Under the pieces are notes generated by a model. The model was not told the origin of the DNA, made no database searches, and saw only the letters and a list, made by a program, of their open reading frames with translations. A stretch of 25,589 nucleotides of DNA from a virus (lineage: Duplodnaviria; Caudoviricetes), in the IMG/VR virus record IMGVR_UViG_3300025322_000150, positions 1-25,589 of that record; one strand, 5' to 3'. Position numbers and translations under genes: made by a program. Positions within the stretch are counted from its first letter, which is position 1. Each line of letters opens with the position of its first letter. This document shows, piece by piece, positions 1 through 8,933 of the stretch.

Positions 1-128
1 GTGACAGCGAAAAAATTGAAAAAATATCTGTAAATAGCGCAATTGATAAAGTAAACGGCGGAAGATTGCTAGTAAAAAAAGCATTAGAGTTACTAGAAGC
101 GTTAGAAGCAGAGAAGAAAAGATTATAA
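1..128 (+). CDS. 3' end of a hypothetical protein (partial)
   Basis: Frame starting at nt 3 is open (DSEKIEKISVNSAIDKV...LEAEKKRL) to TAA at 126-128. Confidence 0.6.
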   Translation, partial: DSEKIEKISVNSAIDKVNGGRLLVKKALELLEALEAEKKRL

Positions 129-145
129 AAGAGTGAGGAAGACAA

Positions 146-295
146 ATGAAAAATAAACACAAACACGAAAGAAATAAAAGCTGCACCTGTTCTATAAGCG
201 GGCTAGAGCCAGATGATGATTGTCCATTACATTCTGGAGGAGAGTGGCCACCGAGATGTGTGTTTTGCGGAAGATTTATGAAATGGAGAAAATAA
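146..295 (+). CDS. Small Cys/His-rich (Zn-finger-like) protein, 49 aa, not in the ORF track
   Basis: GAGG RBS then ATG146; MKNKHKHERNKSCTC...DCPLH...WPPRCVFCGRFMKWRK; TAA abuts the next start at 296. Confidence 0.75.
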   Translation: MKNKHKHERNKSCTCSISGLEPDDDCPLHSGGEWPPRCVFCGRFMKWRK

Positions 296-505
296 TTGAG
301 TAAATCAATAAATAAATTTTGCCCATTCTGCGGCTCAACAGATTTGGTACTAGTTAGTGCCGTCGGTGGAAAAGGAATGACACATTATAATGTTTTTCAA
401 ATAATGTGCGGGTATTGTAAATCTAGAGGTCCAACAGAAGTAACTGAGAAATTAGCGAAATTTGCTTGGGGGCGCAGAGAAACAATAAAATGGAAAAACG
501 GATAA
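296..505 (+). CDS. Lar-family (restriction alleviation-like) zinc-ribbon protein
   Basis: CPFCG...CGYCKSRGP...AWGRR pattern typical of Lar-like phage proteins; GGAG upstream of the TTG start. Confidence 0.7.
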   Translation: MSKSINKFCPFCGSTDLVLVSAVGGKGMTHYNVFQIMCGYCKSRGPTEVTEKLAKFAWGRRETIKWKNG

Positions 506-1155
506 AAATTTGTCCGAAATGCAAGCAAACAAAAGATACTCTAGGGTTTTATAAAAACAGATGTTCTCTAGATGGATTGTGTACTTATTGTAAATCATGT
601 GAAAATCTACGAAAATATGAGATGCTGCGAAAACGGGCCAGAGAACGCGGGGCAGAGCCACAAATTTCAACTCTAGAGGCAAGAAAAAATAGAGAAAACG
701 GAGTTAAGTACTGCCCGTTGTGTAAAGAGACAAAAGATTTAAAAGAATTCTATACGTCTAAAAATAGTAATTTCGGATTTTCATCTCATTGTATTATTTG
801 TAGTAATAAGTTTAGCAGGAATAGACCGAAAAAGGAAAAGCAGGAATACTATATGAAGAATAAAGAAAGTATACTTAATGCCCATTTAAAGGCAAGATTT
901 AAAATAACACTAGAAATATATAACGCATTACTAGAAAAACAAAATGGGCGCTGTGCCATTTGTGGTAAAACAGCAGAAGAAAACGGGAAACGCCTAGCAG
1001 TAGACCACTCACACGATTCCGGAGAGGTAAGAGAACTATTGTGTGGTACGTGTAATGCCGCAATTGGTTTTTTGAAAGAAGACCCGGAAATTGCACGGAA
1101 AGCTTCTATTTATTTAGAAAAGTGGAGGAAAGATGTCGTACCTAAAAATACTTAA
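490..1155 (+). CDS. HNH endonuclease, endonuclease VII family, with two N-terminal Zn-ribbon repeats (probable free-standing homing endonuclease)
   Basis: C-terminal QNGRCAIC...RLAVDHSHDSGEVRELLCGTCNAAIG; two KxCxxCKxTK...FY...CxxC repeats; ATG490 preferred over the track start at 466. Confidence 0.85.
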   Translation: MEKRIKICPKCKQTKDTLGFYKNRCSLDGLCTYCKSCENLRKYEMLRKRARERGAEPQISTLEARKNRENGVKYCPLCKETKDLKEFYTSKNSNFGFSSHCIICSNKFSRNRPKKEKQEYYMKNKESILNAHLKARFKITLEIYNALLEKQNGRCAICGKTAEENGKRLAVDHSHDSGEVRELLCGTCNAAIGFLKEDPEIARKASIYLEKWRKDVVPKNT

Positions 1156-1996
1156 TCTTTATAAGAATCCAGATATATTCTTATTCAAAGAGGTTTGGGC
1201 AGATGAGAAATGCCACGGAACAAGTCAAAATATTAGCTATAAAAATAATCAACTTTCATTTTTCGCCGGCGGGGAAAAGCATGAAAATTTTGTAAATTTA
1301 TTTAATCAGGAACAATTGCTGGAAGCTTTTAATAAGCTAGGCCATCAAGAAATTACTGTTTACGGAGAAGGAGCGGGCGGCAAGCAGCAAGGGATGAAAG
1401 ATACCTACGGAAGTAAACTAATATTTGTGGCATTTGATGTAAAAATTGGGGACTGTTGGTTAAATCGCCCGAATGCTGAAGAAGTTGTTAATGTTTTAGG
1501 TTTGCAATTTATACCCTATGTAAAATGTTCCACAGATATCACGGAACTAGATAGAGAAAGAGATGCCCCATCAGTATTAGCAAAAAGAGTGGGGATAACT
1601 GAAGATAAACCGAGAGAAGGAATTGTTATAAGACCTCTAATAGAACTTAGAAAAAATAATGGGGAAAGGATTATTGCTAAACACAAAGGGGAAAAGTTTA
1701 GAGAAACAAAATCCCCCAGGCCAGTAGATATGGATAGATTTAAAGTATTAGAAGATGCACAAAAGATTGCTGAAGAGTGGGTAACACCTGCACGATTAAA
1801 GAACATACTTAGCCATTTCCCAGAAGATATCGATATTAAAAGTACAGGAACTATTATTAAGACGATGGTTGAAGATGTGAAGAGAGAAGCAGGAACTGAA
1901 ATAGTATTTTCCGGTGATGCTGAAAAAGCTATTTCTAAATCCGCGGCATTACTTTTCAAAAAGCACCTTCAATCTAAAATAGGGAGTATAATCTAA
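1133..1996 (+). CDS. RNA ligase, Rnl2-like nucleotidyltransferase
   Basis: Motif I EKCHGT, VYGEGAG, FVAFDV, REGIVIRP, IIAKHK. Confidence 0.85.
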   Translation: MSYLKILNLYKNPDIFLFKEVWADEKCHGTSQNISYKNNQLSFFAGGEKHENFVNLFNQEQLLEAFNKLGHQEITVYGEGAGGKQQGMKDTYGSKLIFVAFDVKIGDCWLNRPNAEEVVNVLGLQFIPYVKCSTDITELDRERDAPSVLAKRVGITEDKPREGIVIRPLIELRKNNGERIIAKHKGEKFRETKSPRPVDMDRFKVLEDAQKIAEEWVTPARLKNILSHFPEDIDIKSTGTIIKTMVEDVKREAGTEIVFSGDAEKAISKSAALLFKKHLQSKIGSII

Positions 1997-2217
1997 TGAA
2001 GTGGCGATACGATTGCGGGGATTATATAACCAGACGTAATAAAATTGGCGGGAGGGGGGGAATTGGCGGGATGATTTCTTGGGAAGCAAACTCACTATAT
2101 TATAAAGCATATGTGTGGGATGGGGGATTTTCAAAGACGTTCCGCACCAAATATGTGAATGTAGAAACTGCTAAAAAAGCGATTGAAAAGTGGTTGAAGA
2201 ATAGAAGGGATGAATAA
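1996..2217 (+). CDS. Hypothetical protein
   Basis: TAATG-coupled at both ends; 73 aa. Confidence 0.65.
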   Translation: MKWRYDCGDYITRRNKIGGRGGIGGMISWEANSLYYKAYVWDGGFSKTFRTKYVNVETAKKAIEKWLKNRRDE

Positions 2218-2798
2218 TGTCTGCAACAAACAGAGGAAGTATTCGTAGAAAAGACGATGACTACCAAACTCCACTGTGGGCAATAGAACTAATTGTTCAA
2301 CGTTTCAATATGACTGGAAAAGTAATTCTAGAACCTGCTGTTGGAAGTGGGAATATTGTACAAGTTATTAAAAAGTATTATCCAAAGAATTATGGAATAT
2401 ACGGAGTAGACATTAATCAAGAATATATAACAAATGCTGTTGAGAATTTAAAAATTCTCGCGGAGTGTGGAGATTATATAACGCAGCCAAAATATGCGGA
2501 TACAATTTGGCCCGATCCAGATATTATTATTACTAATCCGCCATATTCTCTAGCACTAGACTTTATTACTAAAAGTTTAGAAATAGTAAAACCCGGCGGA
2601 TTAGTAATCATGCTTTTGAGATTGTCTTTTCTCGAAAGTAAGAAGAGAAAAGAATTCCATCAATATAATCCAGTAGATTCAATCTATGTATTATCTGAAA
2701 GGCCATCATTCACAGGTGATGGAACAGATGCGTGTTCATACGCTTGGTTTGTCTGGAGACGAGGCAACAAAGAAGCAAAGAATATTTTCGTAGTATAG
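2217..2798 (+). CDS. Solitary DNA amino-methyltransferase (probable N6-adenine)
   Basis: SAM-binding ILEPAVGSGNI precedes catalytic IITNPPY; DDYQTP N-terminus and YAWFVW C-terminus typical of small phage MTases. Confidence 0.88.
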   Translation: MSATNRGSIRRKDDDYQTPLWAIELIVQRFNMTGKVILEPAVGSGNIVQVIKKYYPKNYGIYGVDINQEYITNAVENLKILAECGDYITQPKYADTIWPDPDIIITNPPYSLALDFITKSLEIVKPGGLVIMLLRLSFLESKKRKEFHQYNPVDSIYVLSERPSFTGDGTDACSYAWFVWRRGNKEAKNIFVV

Positions 2799-2808
2799 GA
2801 GAATTTAA

Positions 2809-3216
2809 ATGAATTTGAACGAGACTATAAAAAAGATTAAAGAGTTGGATATTGAAAAGGAAAGCTTGTGTGCTAAATGTTCTTTTGAATATCCTTTGCC
2901 ACAATCGCATTCATTCGATATTAATATAAGTTTAAAAAAATTATATGCCGGCTATAGTGGTAAACAGGTTTTAGATTTTAGAGTAATAAGATATTTTCAA
3001 TGCATCCCGGGAGGAAGTGAAGAAATTTCAATAGGTGATTTAGATACAAGTGCGGTTAAAAAAGTATTAAAGATAAAGAAAGAAATGGAAGACTGGGCGG
3101 AAGGAAATAGAGAAAATCCGCCTAAAGGATATCGTACACTTGAAGATACATTAAGGAGTGTATCAGCTAATACGAAAAAATTTCGAAAAGAAATAGACGA
3201 GCTTACAAAATACTAG
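2809..3216 (+). CDS. Hypothetical protein
   Basis: GGAG RBS, 135 aa; stop overlaps the convergent gene's stop in TACTAGTA. Confidence 0.7.
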   Translation: MNLNETIKKIKELDIEKESLCAKCSFEYPLPQSHSFDINISLKKLYAGYSGKQVLDFRVIRYFQCIPGGSEEISIGDLDTSAVKKVLKIKKEMEDWAEGNRENPPKGYRTLEDTLRSVSANTKKFRKEIDELTKY

Positions 3217-3512
3217 TAATCAAATTTTTTATCGGGGTGAATTTCAAAATTAACTATTTGTTTATCAGGAGATACTACAAATCTAGCCAACCCTAGTTTT
3301 AATAGTTTTCTAAGAACCACCTCTATATTTTCCGCATCCATATCCTGAAACTGCGGGTCAGTAGAAGCCATTTTCTTAGCTGTAATCTTCAACATGGCGT
3401 CTACTAATTCCTTCACATCTTTATCAAAGTCATCTTCCGGAAAACCTATATAAAAAGGATTTCCGTCATTTTCTTCCGCTAGGCCGAATATTTTATCAGT
3501 ATTTTTAATCAT
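3213..3512 (-). CDS. Hypothetical protein
   Basis: 99 aa, start directly abuts the protease stop; AGGAG upstream on the minus strand. Confidence 0.7.
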   Translation of the reverse strand: MIKNTDKIFGLAEENDGNPFYIGFPEDDFDKDVKELVDAMLKITAKKMASTDPQFQDMDAENIEVVLRKLLKLGLARFVVSPDKQIVNFEIHPDKKFDY

Positions 3513-4289
3513 TTATTTAACTCCTAGTAACGGGACACTTTCTTCGATTCGAAGTATAAATTTTTGATTAATTTCTACAATCCATTTTTCAAGATTGGAG
3601 GAAGGAATAATAAATCCAATATGGGTGATAGCTTGACCTTTATATGTCCTAACCATATCTACTAATCCCACCAGTTTTCCACTTTTTGTCCACACACCGC
3701 CATCGGAGTCCCCAAAGAAAATATCAGCAGAGATTCTCCAGCAATTTATTCCCATAATGCTCTGATCAATTTGTTGAATCATTCCAGCAGTTACTGTTGG
3801 ATTTTCACCTGTTGGGCAACCAACTGCATAGCATTCATCTATTACACTTATTTCATTTAAATCTGCAAATTCAGCAACCGGATAAACTTTTTCGGATTGA
3901 AGCTTAAGAGTAGCTAAATCTTGTTCCTTATTATACCAAAGTGTATATGCTATAAGTGTTTCCGAGATTACTATATTTCTACCATCGTATCGATAAGTAA
4001 ATACAGTTACAGGGAGTATTTTTATAATAGTCATCCCATCTTTTTTTTCCGCAACCACGGTATCATCTACTACATGATAATCTGTCCAGATATACGTTTC
4101 TACTTTTGAAGTAGCACTTTTGCTTTTTGAATATATAATTACACCGCTCCCGGTGCCGCTATTTGTACTTATTTTAACAGTACACGGAATCATTTTTTCC
4201 CGTATAGCTTTTTTAGTGTCCTCATCTGAATAGCATAATGAAGATACCGATATAAATACAGCGGCGGGAAGTAAAATAAAGCGATTCAT
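3513..4289 (-). CDS. Secreted trypsin-like (S1/HtrA-type, no PDZ) serine protease
   Basis: GSGVII, WTDYHVV (His), QDLATL (Asp), FGDSDGG (Ser); GAGGA RBS before ATG4289 gives a signal-peptide-like MNRFILLPAAVFISVSSLCYS (track start 4349). Confidence 0.85.
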   Translation of the reverse strand: MNRFILLPAAVFISVSSLCYSDEDTKKAIREKMIPCTVKISTNSGTGSGVIIYSKSKSATSKVETYIWTDYHVVDDTVVAEKKDGMTIIKILPVTVFTYRYDGRNIVISETLIAYTLWYNKEQDLATLKLQSEKVYPVAEFADLNEISVIDECYAVGCPTGENPTVTAGMIQQIDQSIMGINCWRISADIFFGDSDGGVWTKSGKLVGLVDMVRTYKGQAITHIGFIIPSSNLEKWIVEINQKFILRIEESVPLLGVK

Positions 4290-4460
4290 GGCTAGTTCCT
4301 CAATACGGTAAAAGCGAAAACTCCCACCCTTAATAATAGAACAAAACAAATTATGATCAACGGCTATTGGCAGTTATAGAGAATTGATTTTAGTCGCAAT
4401 ATAGAAAAGAGTTATAGACTTTTGGATCCCCTTTCCCAAGCCTACTAAAAACACTTTTCA

Positions 4461-4533
4461 TACAAAGCTTTGTAATCCCACTCCCTGCAAGTAGATGCTA
4501 CTCAACAGTGTGAGTAAAAAATTCGGAATTTTT
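4461..4533. promoter_or_regulatory. Three clustered inverted repeats in the divergent intergenic region (candidate operators)
   Basis: TACAAAGCTTTGTA (4461-4474), TACTCA-6-TGAGTA (4499-4516), AAAAATTC-G-GAATTTTT (4517-4533). Confidence 0.5.
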
Positions 4534-4536
4534 CCC

Positions 4537-4564
4537 TTGCCAAAATATAAGGACAGGTTAAGAT
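4537..4564 (+). promoter_or_regulatory. Candidate sigma70-type promoter for the rightward late operon
   Basis: TTGCCA (4537-4542), 16 bp spacer, TAAGAT (4559-4564), upstream of ATG4609. Confidence 0.4.
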
Positions 4565-4608
4565 TGGCTTTGGAGTATTGGATTCTCTTTCTGCAAAAAA
4601 ATGCATCG

Positions 4609-4869
4609 ATGGCAAAAACTAAAGAAAAAAGAAAGAAATTACTACATCGAAGTGAGTTTATTAGCGATACAATGGAACTCGTGATCGATATGATCGATAG
4701 ACTTGGTGATCTTACAGATGATAGTATAAGTCTTGGTAAAAGACTTGATCCACTTGGCGGAAAGAAAGAATCAGATACTGAAAAATTACATATGGATTTT
4801 GACAGTGATATCAACGCAGCACTCGATGAGGCGGAAGAAATTTTGAATAGACTTGGAGCACTTCCATAA
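4609..4869 (+). CDS. Small helical protein (basic N-terminus, acidic body)
   Basis: ATG4609 (MAKTKEKRKK) preferred because the track start 4495 runs through the promoter-like region; TAATG-coupled to the next gene. Confidence 0.6.
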   Translation: MAKTKEKRKKLLHRSEFISDTMELVIDMIDRLGDLTDDSISLGKRLDPLGGKKESDTEKLHMDFDSDINAALDEAEEILNRLGALP

Positions 4870-5207
4870 TGAATATTAATAAGTTTGAAGCTTCTGTAGA
4901 TTCTCTTAAAGGTTCTATTAACGGATTCAGAGCATCTCTTGTCAATTTTAAAAAATCCGCGGAAGATGTATTTTTACACATGAGTTCTGTAAGAGACTCT
5001 GTTATAAGTATTAAAACGGAAACAGCTTCACATCAGTTTTATGAAATAGAAGATTTGATGAATTTAACCGGAGAAATGTTTTACGACGCGGAATCAAATA
5101 TCCGCGATATAGAAATAGTTAAAGATATTCTTTTAGAAGATTCCGATTTAATTCTAGACATTTTAGATGAGGTGGAAAGCCTAGGCGAAATATTTGCCGG
5201 AGAATAA
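4869..5207 (+). CDS. Small acidic helical protein
   Basis: 112 aa, D/E-rich, amphipathic helical pattern. Confidence 0.75.
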   Translation: MNINKFEASVDSLKGSINGFRASLVNFKKSAEDVFLHMSSVRDSVISIKTETASHQFYEIEDLMNLTGEMFYDAESNIRDIEIVKDILLEDSDLILDILDEVESLGEIFAGE

Positions 5208-5210
5208 ATC

Positions 5211-5552
5211 GTGGCCGTAAAGGATTTATTAATAAAAGCTGTTAAGAAACTTCAATCAATTCAAGATCCGGAATCCACTTCAAAAATTCTCAAAGGTGTT
5301 TTGGATGTAGTAAAGATATTAAATAGAGCATTATTAAAAGCTGGCGGAAAAGAAGCAGAGCTAGGACAAAATATTATGGGAGCAGTAACAGATCTTAAGG
5401 GTTATACGATAAGTGCTGTGTATGAATTATCAGCAGACGGCTCTCAATGGAATACACGCATTACATACGACCCCGACAGATTAAAAAATACTGCTGAAAA
5501 TATTGGAAGTATTATTCAAAAAGTAGATGACATCGGCTACGTTGGTCCATAA
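5211..5552 (+). CDS. Small helical hypothetical protein
   Basis: GGAG RBS, GTG start, 113 aa. Confidence 0.7.
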   Translation: MAVKDLLIKAVKKLQSIQDPESTSKILKGVLDVVKILNRALLKAGGKEAELGQNIMGAVTDLKGYTISAVYELSADGSQWNTRITYDPDRLKNTAENIGSIIQKVDDIGYVGP

Positions 5553-5569
5553 ATAAGAGGAGTAATACT

Positions 5570-5779
5570 GTGGGAGATATTACAAGAGATGAAGTTGAAC
5601 AAATAATAAAAGATAATATAAATAGGATCGAAGATATTTTAGACGAAAAACAAAATTTGTATTTTAATGTTTTAAAAGACACCACTGTTGATGAATTGAA
5701 ATCTTTTAATTCGGAGGAATTGTGGAATGCCATAATTCATTTGTTTGGTGTAAAAGATAGTCTTAAAAAATTAATTTAA
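5570..5779 (+). CDS. Small acidic helical protein
   Basis: GAGGAG RBS, GTG start, 69 aa. Confidence 0.7.
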   Translation: MGDITRDEVEQIIKDNINRIEDILDEKQNLYFNVLKDTTVDELKSFNSEELWNAIIHLFGVKDSLKKLI

Positions 5780-5793
5780 TATTTGGAATAAGC

Positions 5794-6324
5794 ATGAAAT
5801 TTGATTCATCAGCACTGGGCGCGGAGTATTCTTTAGCATTAGCTGGTATAGGTTCAATAAGCGAATTAAAAGATGTCGGGGAAGAAGAATTATTACACGC
5901 GATAGAAAAGTTAACTGGAGCAGTTAATAGAAATGTAGAACTTTGGGATTTACTAAATGAAATAGGTAATTTACTAGATACAAAAAAAGAATTCAATAAT
6001 TATCTAGAAGTTAATAGACAAGAAGCTGATTCAGTAGAAGGTGATTTAACTGGACAAATAGACGATGGTGAGAGGCAAAAACTAAATAAAGCACTTTCAC
6101 GAATGCGAGATGATAATTTAAGAACACAAAAGGAAGTAGATGTTATCGATTCTAAACTTGATGGAATGTATAATCAGATTAAAGAAAGATTTGACGAATA
6201 TAAAATACCGCTGGGAAATACAATAGATGAATCTTTTATAGAAGATATAAAATTAAAATTAGATGAATTTGATTCAAATATTGAAAATCTTTTAAACGAT
6301 GTAAGTGATATTCTTAATCCTTAA
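5794..6324 (+). CDS. Acidic coiled-coil protein
   Basis: 176 aa, heptad-like, D/E-rich. Confidence 0.75.
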   Translation: MKFDSSALGAEYSLALAGIGSISELKDVGEEELLHAIEKLTGAVNRNVELWDLLNEIGNLLDTKKEFNNYLEVNRQEADSVEGDLTGQIDDGERQKLNKALSRMRDDNLRTQKEVDVIDSKLDGMYNQIKERFDEYKIPLGNTIDESFIEDIKLKLDEFDSNIENLLNDVSDILNP

Positions 6325-6340
6325 TCCTTAAAGTATAATT

Positions 6341-6889
6341 ATGTCTGAAGATTTTGATGGTTTGAGTCCAGATCCAGAAAATTCTAAAAATCCTCTGAAT
6401 AAAATGTCTTTAGAGGAAAGAAGAGTTCTTGTATATAAATACTATCTTCAGAACATACCGCAGGGAAAAATTGCAGAAATACTTAACGTTCATAGAAATA
6501 CAATCGTACAAGATTTACGACATCTTAGAAAAGGTGGCGCGGAAGAAATAGTCGGGTTAAGGAAAAAAACCGACGAAGAGGTTGGAGATCATTTAAGTGT
6601 ATTAAAACACGTAGAGGGTGAAGCACTTATACAATACGAATTAGCTGGAGACGATAAACCGCTAAAAAAAGGGTATCTTGAATTAGTGTTAAAATCCAGA
6701 ATGGAAAGAATAGCCCTGGAGTTTAAATCCGGAATTATTCCTATCGTGGACAAGAGAATTAGTACCGGGCAAACACCTGTTGATAAGGAATCAGACCTAG
6801 TAGACAATATGGTTGATATGAATAGAGATGATATCCTTAAGATTCTGGACGAAGTAGAGACGAAGAACAAAAGGTCAAAGACGGGATAA
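6341..6889 (+). CDS. terS: Probable terminase small subunit (HTH)
   Basis: HTH PQGKIAEILNVHRNTIVQDLRHL followed by helices; two genes upstream of TerL. Confidence 0.65.
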   Translation: MSEDFDGLSPDPENSKNPLNKMSLEERRVLVYKYYLQNIPQGKIAEILNVHRNTIVQDLRHLRKGGAEEIVGLRKKTDEEVGDHLSVLKHVEGEALIQYELAGDDKPLKKGYLELVLKSRMERIALEFKSGIIPIVDKRISTGQTPVDKESDLVDNMVDMNRDDILKILDEVETKNKRSKTG

Positions 6890-6895
6890 ATAGTT

Positions 6896-7144
6896 ATGAC
6901 TTCTGTAGAACAAACTGATTTTCTTTACCAGTTATATCTAATGTACAGTACGGCAGTAAATGATATTAAAAAGTATTATGGAAAAGCTGGCGGGGAAAAA
7001 TTACAAGAACTAGATGTGAAATATCAAGGTACAGTTACGGATTTTCTAAAAGATACAGAGATTATTTTAAAAGATTTAGAGCATATAAAAGATGTTGCAT
7101 TGAAAATCTATCAAGATTCTTGTAAAGAAGTTTCAAAGAAATAA
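6896..7144 (+). CDS. Small helical hypothetical protein between terS and terL
   Basis: 82 aa, TAATG-coupled to terL. Confidence 0.7.
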   Translation: MTSVEQTDFLYQLYLMYSTAVNDIKKYYGKAGGEKLQELDVKYQGTVTDFLKDTEIILKDLEHIKDVALKIYQDSCKEVSKK

Positions 7145-8733
7145 TGACAAATATTGGACAAATAGATGTAGCGTCAAAGTTATTATCTCTTCCAGAACAT
7201 AAGAGACGCGCCGCGATTATTTTATCATATATAAAAACAGGTGTTAAAAATGACGAGGATTTAAAAAAACTTATTAAGTATGGATTAGGATTAAATCCGC
7301 TCGATAATCATATCTGTAAAGATCATAACTCACCATTTGAAGCTATCAGCGATCTTTTTTTTGAAAAAAATGATAGGCTTTTTCTCTGGGCGAATCGTAG
7401 CGGCGGAAAATCCTGTATTTTCGGACTATCGATGTTTCTAGACTCTGTTTTTAAAAAAACTTGTCAGACTAGATTATTCGGCGGGGTAAAGGAACAAGCA
7501 GATGGCTGCCGTGACGAGATGCTTAAGATTATCAACGATGCAAAAATGTTTGACTATTTTTGTAAGACAAGTTCTAAAGGCAAAGTTAAATTTAATAACG
7601 ACTCCAATGTATTTATTAACTCAGCTTCTCCTCGGCAGGCCAGAGGACCACACCCGCAAAAATTAAAACTAGACGAAATTGAGGAAATGTCCTTTGACGT
7701 TTTTAATGCCTCCCTGTCTCAGCCAAGATCTTCTGATACTATCCGTTCATCAATTGTTATGGCCTCGACATATCATAAAAGTTCGGGGATGGTAAAATAT
7801 GTTTTAGATAATATGGCAATCCCTGGCGGATATAAATTATGTCGCTGGTGCATTCTCGATTCCCTGGAACCGTGTACAGAAGAACATAAATCCACTTGTG
7901 ATTTTATGGAGAAAGAATTTAATACACCAAATTATGAAATAATGAAAAATGCAAAAGGTTTTTATAAATGGGCCGACTGGGCTCACATGTTAAAAACTCT
8001 TCCAAAGGATACAATTGAAGTAGAATGGCTATGCAGAAGACCTGGAACAAGTAACAGAATATTTACTAATTATGACGATACAATAATTGCTAATGAAGAT
8101 TTAGGCTTCCCAGAAGCAACTACTTGGCTGGGAGTAGATTTTGGATTTGTTGATCCTTATGTAATTTTACCGATTCAGAAGCATGGCGAGGAATTTTGGG
8201 TGATTGATGAGGTTTATTTAGTTGACAAATACGACGATGATGTTATAAGAGAAGTAATGAAAAAGCCTTGGTGCAAACAAGGCATGACGGCATATCTTGA
8301 TAGTAGCGATCCGAGAGCGATGAAAAAATGGGTAGATAATGGATTTTTATGCTTTCCCGCGACTTCTGGATTAGATGATAGTATTGAGCATGTAAATGGA
8401 TTAATGAAACCCGCGATGGGAAAACCCAGGATAAGAATTTCATCGCGGTGCAAAAATTTGCGTAACGATCTGGTAAGACATAAAAGATTAGCTAGTGGAT
8501 TGCCAGATAATAAATATGCAAATGGACCAGATGCGTTAAGATATGGAATAACGATGGGGGGAATAGAAGGAACAGAATTCTACTATAAAGTGCTGGAAAA
8601 GAAACACGGATTCAAACCACAAACAATGGGAAGTTCTCTTATAAGAATAGCTAATAATCGCTTCAATACTAGAAGATATAACCCTATGAATATTCATAGA
8701 ATTCCTGGCGGAAATCCCACTTCGGATTACTAG
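7144..8733 (+). CDS. terL: Terminase large subunit
   Basis: Walker A ANRSGGKS, Walker B LKLDEIEE, motif III MAST, nuclease GVDFGFVDP and GPDALRY. Confidence 0.93.
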   Translation: MTNIGQIDVASKLLSLPEHKRRAAIILSYIKTGVKNDEDLKKLIKYGLGLNPLDNHICKDHNSPFEAISDLFFEKNDRLFLWANRSGGKSCIFGLSMFLDSVFKKTCQTRLFGGVKEQADGCRDEMLKIINDAKMFDYFCKTSSKGKVKFNNDSNVFINSASPRQARGPHPQKLKLDEIEEMSFDVFNASLSQPRSSDTIRSSIVMASTYHKSSGMVKYVLDNMAIPGGYKLCRWCILDSLEPCTEEHKSTCDFMEKEFNTPNYEIMKNAKGFYKWADWAHMLKTLPKDTIEVEWLCRRPGTSNRIFTNYDDTIIANEDLGFPEATTWLGVDFGFVDPYVILPIQKHGEEFWVIDEVYLVDKYDDDVIREVMKKPWCKQGMTAYLDSSDPRAMKKWVDNGFLCFPATSGLDDSIEHVNGLMKPAMGKPRIRISSRCKNLRNDLVRHKRLASGLPDNKYANGPDALRYGITMGGIEGTEFYYKVLEKKHGFKPQTMGSSLIRIANNRFNTRRYNPMNIHRIPGGNPTSDY

Positions 8734-8750
8734 AAAAAGGAGAAACAAGT

Positions 8751-8900
8751 ATGACTCTGGATGAGCTAATGGCAAAGATTCTTGAGATTTTACCAGACGC
8801 TGTGTTTGACGATGATGGCCCCGGAGGAGAGATCAGAATTTCTAGCGGAGTAACTGAAAAAAGCGGTATTTTAGTTCCGCTTAGCGATATAGGGTTGTAA
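8751..8900 (+). CDS. Small acidic hypothetical protein, 49 aa, not in the ORF track
   Basis: AAGGAG RBS, ATG8751; MTLDELMAKILEILPDAVFDDDGPGGEIRISSG...DIGL*. Confidence 0.75.
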   Translation: MTLDELMAKILEILPDAVFDDDGPGGEIRISSGVTEKSGILVPLSDIGL

Positions 8901-8933
8901 TTACACAAATAAATTCTGCTTTGGGCTATTAGA

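Noticed and set aside
6314-6330. TTAATCC tandem repeat at the end of 5794-6324
   Set aside because: About 2.5 copies of a 7-mer, consistent with simple slippage; no functional evidence
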